From assembly GCF_044373815.1 (NCBI RefSeq), contig NZ_JBIPNG010000001.1, forward strand, positions 1 through 52,411: a stretch of 52,411 nt of DNA. The letters are read 5' to 3'. Made by a program: the position numbers and the translations under genes. The notes beneath the pieces are model-generated. The model saw only the letters and a list, made by a program, of their open reading frames with translations. It did not search any database and was not told the origin of the DNA. This document shows positions 46,645 to 52,411 of this stretch, piece by piece. Position 1 is the stretch's first letter. Every line of letters begins with the position of its first letter. This DNA is from Prosthecobacter sp. Its GTDB lineage: Bacteria; Verrucomicrobiota; Verrucomicrobiia; Verrucomicrobiales; Verrucomicrobiaceae.

Positions 46645-47358
46645 TCACCATGCCCGCGCCGCCGCGAGATTCCGCTTGAAGCCCTCGCGCACCAGCGAGA
46701 GGTCGGAATCCATGGCGATCCAGGTGAACCCGAGGGCCTTGAGCTTTTCCTTATCATCCGCATGCCGCACGAGGATGCCGCAGCCTTTGCTGTGGTCTTT
46801 GGCAGCTTTGACGATGCTGTCCACGCAATCATCATAGCTGCGAGGTGACTGCTGGGCCTTGAGGTCGAAGGACAAATCGGCGGGGCCGATGAAGAGCGCG
46901 TCGATACCCTCCACGGCGGCGATTTGACCGGCATTCGCCACCGCCTCGGCGGTTTCGATCTGGGCGAGGATGATCGGCTTGGGCATGGCGCCGTCCGGAA
47001 GACGCATGCCATAGCCATAAGCACGCACGGTGCGTGACACGCCGCGATGGCCCTGCGGGGGATAATAGGCTGCGTCCACACAATGCCGCGCCTCCGCGAC
47101 TGTGTTTACGTGCGGCACCATGATGCCCTGCGCGCCCCAGTCGAGCACGCGAGCAATCAGATCTGGATGCGGAGCACTCACACGCACGATGGCAAGGGTG
47201 TCGCTGCCACGCAGAGCGCGCAGTTGATCTGGCAGCGCGGCTTCGGATTCGCAGCCGTGCTCCAGATCGATCAAAACCCAGTCGAAGCCGCACTCGGCGG
47301 CGAGTTCAGTGACCGCAGGTGAACCGATTGAAAGAAAGGTGCCGATGTGAGTTTTCAT
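46645..47358 (-). CDS. HpcH/HpaI family class II aldolase
   Basis: GFDWVLIDLEHG, IVRV, GIMVPHV, YPPQGHRG, QIET, LFIGPADLS. Confidence 0.9.
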   Translation of the reverse strand: MKTHIGTFLSIGSPAVTELAAECGFDWVLIDLEHGCESEAALPDQLRALRGSDTLAIVRVSAPHPDLIARVLDWGAQGIMVPHVNTVAEARHCVDAAYYPPQGHRGVSRTVRAYGYGMRLPDGAMPKPIILAQIETAEAVANAGQIAAVEGIDALFIGPADLSFDLKAQQSPRSYDDCVDSIVKAAKDHSKGCGILVRHADDKEKLKALGFTWIAMDSDLSLVREGFKRNLAAARAW

Positions 47359-47367
47359 GGATTGGTT

Positions 47368-47425
47368 GTAGCTCGGTATTCCGATACCGAGAAAACGCCA
47401 TCGCGGAATCGGAAATCCGCGCTAC
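47368..47425. repeat. Inverted REP doublet (REPIN), GTAG family
   Basis: GTAG-CTCGGTAT-TCCG-ATACCGAG (+, 47368-47391), 10-nt spacer, GTAG-CGCGGATT-TCCG-ATTCCGCG (-, 47402-47425). Confidence 0.88.
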
Positions 47426-47434
47426 AACGCCGTC

Positions 47435-48187
47435 ATGCCGCACCAGCCACTGTCGCAGCCTGTTCAAATCCCGGAAAGGCCGGTGTTTACTGCTTATGAG
47501 GAAAAGGAGGATTTCTGGCTCATTCCTGGATATGAGCGCAACCTGCCACACTGGCGGTTGATCGGAGCCACATACTTCGTGACCTTTCGACTGGCCGATT
47601 CTCTTCCGTCTAAGGTGATTCTGCGCTGGAAGCAGGACGAGTCTCAATGGCTGTTTCAACACGGCATCGACATTCATTGGCAGAATCGTGATCCTGAACG
47701 CTTTCGGCAGGCGGTGTCAGGGCTCGACCCATCAGTGCGTGCAGCTTTTCAACGCGAGATGGCGCGTCAGTTTTTTCTCGAACTAGATCAATGTCACGGC
47801 TGCTGTGCGCTGAGGCAGCAGGAAGCCCAAGCTCAGGTAGCAGACTCGCTGCGCTTCTTCCATGGACGGCGTTTGTGGGTTGGTGATTTCGTGATCATGC
47901 CCAATCACGTGCATGTCATCGCGCAGCCGTTTGCGGGCGTTCAACTGGAAGAGTGGTTGTATTCGGTGAAGCGATTTACAGCCGCGCGTTTGATGCAGGA
48001 AGGTAATCTTGAGGAGCGACTGGTGACACGAGCCGGGAATGTCTGGCAGCCGGAGTCGTTTGATCGGGTCATTCGTGATCTTGGTGAATTGCGAAGAACG
48101 CGGGATTACATTGCGAAGAATCCAAGGCATCTGCATGAGGACGAATTTCAATTGCACCAAGCGGAGTGGATCGATGCTTTATTGTAA
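47435..48187 (+). mobile_element. REP-associated tyrosine transposase (RAYT, Y1/HUH, IS200-like)
   Basis: RNLPHW, YFVTFRLADSLP, MPNHVH (HUH), SVKRFTA, WQPESFDRVIR, YIAKNP (catalytic Tyr); flanked by REPs. Confidence 0.9.
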
Positions 48188-48240
48188 TGCGGAGTTTGGT
48201 TTCGCGGCGGGGCGGTCGCGGTATCGGAATACCGCGCTAC
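48184..48240. repeat. Inverted REP doublet (one degenerate, one perfect)
   Basis: Degenerate GTAA-TGCGGAGT-TTGG-TTTCGCG (+, 48184-48206) and perfect GTAG-CGCGGTAT-TCCG-ATACCGCG (-, 48217-48240). Confidence 0.82.
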
Positions 48241-49298
48241 AATGCTGCTTCGGATCTCAGGCAGTGAAGGGCGTGGAAGAGCTTTTTGAGGGTGAATTCG
48301 CGCAGAGACTGGCCGGAGGTGCCGGACGAGATGAGGAAGAAGCCATCGTCACGGTCAAAGTAGCCCGCACCCACGCGGATCACGGATTTGACAATCATGT
48401 TGCGCAGCAGATGCAGCCAGAAGCGGCGCATATGTTCTGCAGGCAGGACACGGGTGCTTTGATAACCCTCAAAGGCCCGGCGCAGAAACGCATCATCATG
48501 AAAGCAGGCGAGGAGCGAGAGATCGTCCATGGGATCGCCGCTGATGGCGTCGTCAAAGTCGATGAAGGCCGAGATCTCGCTTTCGCTGCCGAGGATGTTC
48601 CAGAGGGCGAGGTCCTTGTGAACGAAGCAGCCGGTGTCGAGTTGGAGAAGCGACTGATGATTTTCGATCTCGGCACTGATTTCGTCGCTTTGAGATTGCG
48701 TGAGGAAGCCGCGGGTGACGAGGAAGGACAGGTGTTGATCGAGGCGAAGATGGAAGTAGTCGGCGTAGGTGGCGTGATAGCCACACATCGACTCATCCAG
48801 GATTCCAAAGCCCGGCAGCTTGATCGTCTGCCATTTAGCCACTGCCTCGCCGATACCGAAGGCAATGCGCGGCACATCGAGACGCCCCTGCTTGAACCAG
48901 TGATTGAGATCAGGGTCAAAGATGCGCTCCAAGGCTTGCCAGGCGAAGGGGACACGAGACCGCGAAGCATCGCAGGCATAAACCCGCGGTGTCATCACTC
49001 CGGCGTCACGCACCCTTGCCAGAAGCGCCGACTCCACGGCAAGCTGGCCGTCCTTTTCAGGGCCGTTTTCGACACGCATGAACATCGACTGTCCGGCCAC
49101 CCTGGCATTCCAGGTGAGATGATTGCCCTGACCGATTCCTTTGCTCAGCTCAACGACCTGCGTGACGAAATGCCGCTGCAAAGCCTCACCAAGCTGCTGC
49201 TCGATTTCGGCATCCGCCGCGCCGCGCATCTGCGTGCCGTGAAACGCCGCTGGGCGGTCGCATTTCCAGTAATAGATGTCGCGTCGGCTCATGATCAT
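48237..49298 (-). CDS. Aminoglycoside phosphotransferase/choline kinase-like small-molecule kinase
   Basis: GQGNH, HKDLALWNIL, IDFDD, GDPMDDL; N-terminal YYWKCDRP; start at 49298 or 49292. Confidence 0.8.
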   Translation of the reverse strand: MIMSRRDIYYWKCDRPAAFHGTQMRGAADAEIEQQLGEALQRHFVTQVVELSKGIGQGNHLTWNARVAGQSMFMRVENGPEKDGQLAVESALLARVRDAGVMTPRVYACDASRSRVPFAWQALERIFDPDLNHWFKQGRLDVPRIAFGIGEAVAKWQTIKLPGFGILDESMCGYHATYADYFHLRLDQHLSFLVTRGFLTQSQSDEISAEIENHQSLLQLDTGCFVHKDLALWNILGSESEISAFIDFDDAISGDPMDDLSLLACFHDDAFLRRAFEGYQSTRVLPAEHMRRFWLHLLRNMIVKSVIRVGAGYFDRDDGFFLISSGTSGQSLREFTLKKLFHALHCLRSEAAL

Positions 49299-50227
49299 GC
49301 ATCCGGTGTGCGGCGCTTCCACCAGGCGGCCATGAGGCCGCCGACGATGTTTTGCATCACACCGCTGAAGACGGCGGCGGCGGCGGCGAGCGGCATCATG
49401 GGAAAATGCTCACGGGCGAGCGCGGCCGCCATGCCACCGTTTTGCATGCCCACCTCGATACTCACCGTGCGAGCGACAGATTCGGGATACCTCAGCACTT
49501 TGGGAATGATGTAGCCAACCACAAAGCCAATGACGTGCAGCAGAAATGCAGCGAGAGCCAGACGGCCAAAATGTGAGGCAACGGCGTCGGCACTGGCGGC
49601 CACGATGCCACCGCTCACAAGTGTAAAGGCCAGGACGGCAACGGTGGGACCGCAGGCTCCGATTCGATCGGCGGTGCGCGGCAGCTTCCAGCGAATGAGC
49701 ACCCCAAGCACGACTGGAGCGACCGTGAGTTGCAATGCCGACAGGCACAGGCCCCAGGCATCCACCGGCACATATTTTCCGGCCAGCGCGCTGGTCCACA
49801 TGGGGGTGAAAAAGAAGGCCAGCAAGGTGGAAGCGAGCGTGAGAACCACCGAGAGAGCCACGTTTGCGCGGGCAAGATAGCTGATCATGTTGGAGGCCAT
49901 GCCGCCGGGGCAGCTCGAAACGAGGATGATGCCCACCGCGAGTCCGGGCTCAAGTTTCAGCAGCGTGGCCACCAGCCAGCCGGTGAGCGGCATGATGGTG
50001 TACTGCGCGAGGAATCCCAGCGCCACGCTGCCGGGCATGCGGGCGATGGCCTTGAAGTCATCCAGGCTCAACGTGAGCCCCATGCCGAGCATGGAGGCCG
50101 CGAGCGACCAGAAGATCCACGGCTTGTCGAACCACAGCATGGTCTGCGGGAAGAAGAACGCGAGTGTCGCGAGGCTCACAAGCCACACGGGATAGAGATT
50201 GTTAAACCAGTTGAGAAAGCGGGTCAT
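49295..50227 (-). CDS. Bile acid:sodium symporter (BASS) family transporter
   Basis: MLGMGLTL, QYTIMP, CPGGMASN, SIEVGMQNGG. Confidence 0.92.
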   Translation of the reverse strand: MTRFLNWFNNLYPVWLVSLATLAFFFPQTMLWFDKPWIFWSLAASMLGMGLTLSLDDFKAIARMPGSVALGFLAQYTIMPLTGWLVATLLKLEPGLAVGIILVSSCPGGMASNMISYLARANVALSVVLTLASTLLAFFFTPMWTSALAGKYVPVDAWGLCLSALQLTVAPVVLGVLIRWKLPRTADRIGACGPTVAVLAFTLVSGGIVAASADAVASHFGRLALAAFLLHVIGFVVGYIIPKVLRYPESVARTVSIEVGMQNGGMAAALAREHFPMMPLAAAAAVFSGVMQNIVGGLMAAWWKRRTPDA

Positions 50228-50258
50228 GTGCGGTGATACCAAGAGGATGTGGTGTTGA

Positions 50259-52411
50259 TCAAGGATGGATTTCGCGCAGCGCCACCCCAGTGCCGCTGAT
50301 CAGCAGCACCAGCTTTTTGAAGTGCAGTTGCTCGCCAGCCAAGACCTCTTTACGATACAAGTTCACGCGATTGATTTCACCGGGGAAAAGCTGCACCTCG
50401 GGTGCATCCATCTTCGTGAAACCGGCGCTGGCGAGTGCTGCTTCCTGGCTCGCAGCCTGTGGCCGAGGGGACGGCGTGAGTGCGTAAAGCGTGCCCGGCT
50501 TGGTGATCTCCACGTCAATCTTCTCGATGCCTGTGCGCAGAAATGGCAGGCCGCTGATCTGCTCAAGCAAGGCTTCAATCACGTAGTCACGGTCCGTGAA
50601 GAGCTTCACTCCCACCTTCATCACCGCAGCTTCCACCGGCGGTGGCGCAGGCCAGACGATACGCTTTTGCCCAGCCTGCGGCTCGAACTGCGCTACGTCT
50701 TCGAGTTTGCCAAACATGATGCGCTCTTTGCGGCTCGCGTCTTTGTCTCCCTGGGTCACGACGAGCCAGATAGCACCTTCGTGTTCGTGAAAGGTCGGAT
50801 ATTGAAAGGACTGAAGCGTCTCGAAGCGGTATTTGCGCTCCCACGTTTTTCCGTCGCGCGAAACGTCCACATTGAACACGCTGCGGCTGACGCCCTGGAT
50901 GCGGGTGGACTCCTGCCAGCCGAGGTAATAAACGCCACCGAACTTGTCGAAGGTCGGTTTCGAGTTCGCGCCATTCGGCACGATGGGCAGCGGCTTGCCC
51001 ACGCTCCACGTTTTGCCATCGGCGCTGGTCGAGAAATGGTAGTTTCCCTTGTCGTTGCGGCAGATCGCCATCCATGTGCCGTCGGGCAGACGGTTCACGG
51101 CTGATTCGCTCAAGGCCTCCGACTGAGGCTCGTTGAAATGGCCGAGAACCTCAAAGGTCTCCAAGTCTTCATGAACCTGAGACAGTGCGTTCTGTTTGCC
51201 GCTGAAGTTGTTCAGGGCGACGTAGGTCTTGCCGTCGAACTTCTTGAACGAATCAAAGATGAAGAACGAGGAGTCCAATGCTCGCTTGGCAAAGCCCTGC
51301 GCCGCTGCATCGGCATGAAAATACTGGGGCTGGAAATCAAAGGTGCCCGCCGCTGTCTTCAGCTTTGCCTTGTGGATCGTGGGCACGAAGTCGCCGGACT
51401 TCAGATCAAAGTCGCGATACCACATCTGCGACTGCCGCTTTCCGGGATCTTCGCTGGTGAAGTAGCAGCGCAGAGTGTTCGCATCCTTCTGCAGGATTCG
51501 CGGCACGAAGCATGCGCCCACTGGCAGAGTCTCGTTTCCAAACCTCTGTTCGCCCTTGGCAAAGTCGATCACTTTTTCCAGAGCAAGCGTCTTGAGGTTC
51601 ACGATGGAGAGAGTCGCGTAAATTTCCGGCCAGCCTGCGCTCTCCCCTGCCCTCACGTCATTGGCTTCGGTGACGATGTAGGCACGCTCACCCACACACA
51701 CAAACTCCGCATCATGCGCACCTTTCACGCGCGGCGCGGAGGTATTGACGAGTCGCTGCATGACGATGTCGCCTGCGAGCGCCGGGTCCCAGTTGGCGGG
51801 GAGGAGTGAAGGCTTGTGTAGCTTGTTGATCGACTGCTTCAGCACCACCGCACCTGACACGTTTTTCCCTGCGAGCACGTCTTCCTCTTTGAACTTCGCC
51901 AGCAAGATCTCGCCATCGCCTTGGCGGTCGCGGTCGTAGGTGATCCAGATGAGGCCGTCCTTGTCCTGCACGCCGTCGGGGTAGGAGACGCCGGAACGCT
52001 CGTCCAACAGGAGGCCTTCGTTCCATTTTTGGCCATCGTTGGTGGAGAGTTGGGCGTAAAGATGGCTGCGGCCCTTAAACTTGTAGTGATTGATGAGCAG
52101 CAGATTGCCGGAGGCAAGACGACGGATGAAGAACCGGGAGCCTGGATTGGAGATGCGGGTAGCTTTCGGCTCCGCCCAAGTGCGGCCTTTGTCAGATGAG
52201 TGGCTTTCCCAGAGGAAGCCGCTGCCTGTGCGGCTGAGGAGCCAGAGACGACCGTCCTTGAGTTCGGTGATCATGCATTCGAGCGCCCATTTGGGCATGC
52301 TGAGCGCGCCGTGGAGTTTCCATGTCTTTCCTTCGTCGTTCGAGATGCCCACGCCTTGGAGTTGATCTGCGAAGGGGAACCATGCGTGGATCGGCTCGGT
52401 GGCATGTGTGA
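50259..52411 (-). CDS. BNR/Asp-box sialidase-like protein (5' end outside the window)
   Basis: Asp boxes SNDEGKTW, SSDKGRTW, STNDGQKW, SADGKTW, SRDGKTW; SYPD and QYPT motifs; frame is open to the window edge. Confidence 0.8.
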   Translation of the reverse strand, partial: THATEPIHAWFPFADQLQGVGISNDEGKTWKLHGALSMPKWALECMITELKDGRLWLLSRTGSGFLWESHSSDKGRTWAEPKATRISNPGSRFFIRRLASGNLLLINHYKFKGRSHLYAQLSTNDGQKWNEGLLLDERSGVSYPDGVQDKDGLIWITYDRDRQGDGEILLAKFKEEDVLAGKNVSGAVVLKQSINKLHKPSLLPANWDPALAGDIVMQRLVNTSAPRVKGAHDAEFVCVGERAYIVTEANDVRAGESAGWPEIYATLSIVNLKTLALEKVIDFAKGEQRFGNETLPVGACFVPRILQKDANTLRCYFTSEDPGKRQSQMWYRDFDLKSGDFVPTIHKAKLKTAAGTFDFQPQYFHADAAAQGFAKRALDSSFFIFDSFKKFDGKTYVALNNFSGKQNALSQVHEDLETFEVLGHFNEPQSEALSESAVNRLPDGTWMAICRNDKGNYHFSTSADGKTWSVGKPLPIVPNGANSKPTFDKFGGVYYLGWQESTRIQGVSRSVFNVDVSRDGKTWERKYRFETLQSFQYPTFHEHEGAIWLVVTQGDKDASRKERIMFGKLEDVAQFEPQAGQKRIVWPAPPPVEAAVMKVGVKLFTDRDYVIEALLEQISGLPFLRTGIEKIDVEITKPGTLYALTPSPRPQAASQEAALASAGFTKMDAPEVQLFPGEINRVNLYRKEVLAGEQLHFKKLVLLISGTGVALREIHP

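Noticed and set aside
48237-49298. Antibiotic-resistance interpretation of the APH-family gene
   Set aside because: The operon context (transporter, aldolase, glycosidase) points to a metabolic kinase; the fold alone does not imply resistance.
48039-49514. 491-aa plus-strand ORF next to the RAYT (possible TnpB-like partner)
   Set aside because: Antisense to the kinase gene; no RuvC or zinc-finger motifs.

Overview
GC-rich, gene-dense bacterial window, most likely from a PVC-superphylum organism (Verrucomicrobia, Prosthecobacter-like; inferred from the DUF1501, DUF1549/DUF1553, planctomycete cytochrome c, DUF5069 and ECF/Ser-Thr kinase content). I found no rRNA, tRNA or CRISPR. From left to right: (1) a DUF1501 > DUF1549/1553 > PPC/Ig > cytochrome c-WD40-coiled-coil operon with two more DUF1501 paralogs. 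Three of these genes share an AAG-N16/17-CGTA promoter-like motif, and the cluster is interrupted by a Zn-hydrolase gene and an MBL-fold gene frameshifted by an exact 28-bp duplication. (2) A Kelch/NanM-like gene and a fabG-ACP-flippase-like-patatin lipid module. (3) mfd. (4) An ECF sigma factor and Ser/Thr kinase pair, each preceded by TGTAACA-N13-CCTGAA. (5) GH50-like hydrolase, fucose-isomerase-like, FG-GAP and TauE genes. (6) An HxlR-regulated DinB-MATE-DUF5069-MATE module with tandem operators, next to an osmC with a stop at codon 2. (7) A run of secreted glycan-processing enzymes (DUF4886, two FAD oxidoreductases, a Tat-signal pyruvyltransferase-fold protein, a phosphoesterase, a DUF1080 fusion) behind a YlbF/RicF-like gene. 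(8) A sialidase-like > BASS > APH-like kinase > HpcH aldolase operon split by a RAYT transposase flanked by GTAG-type REP doublets. All family calls come from motif recognition by eye; no database searches were run.
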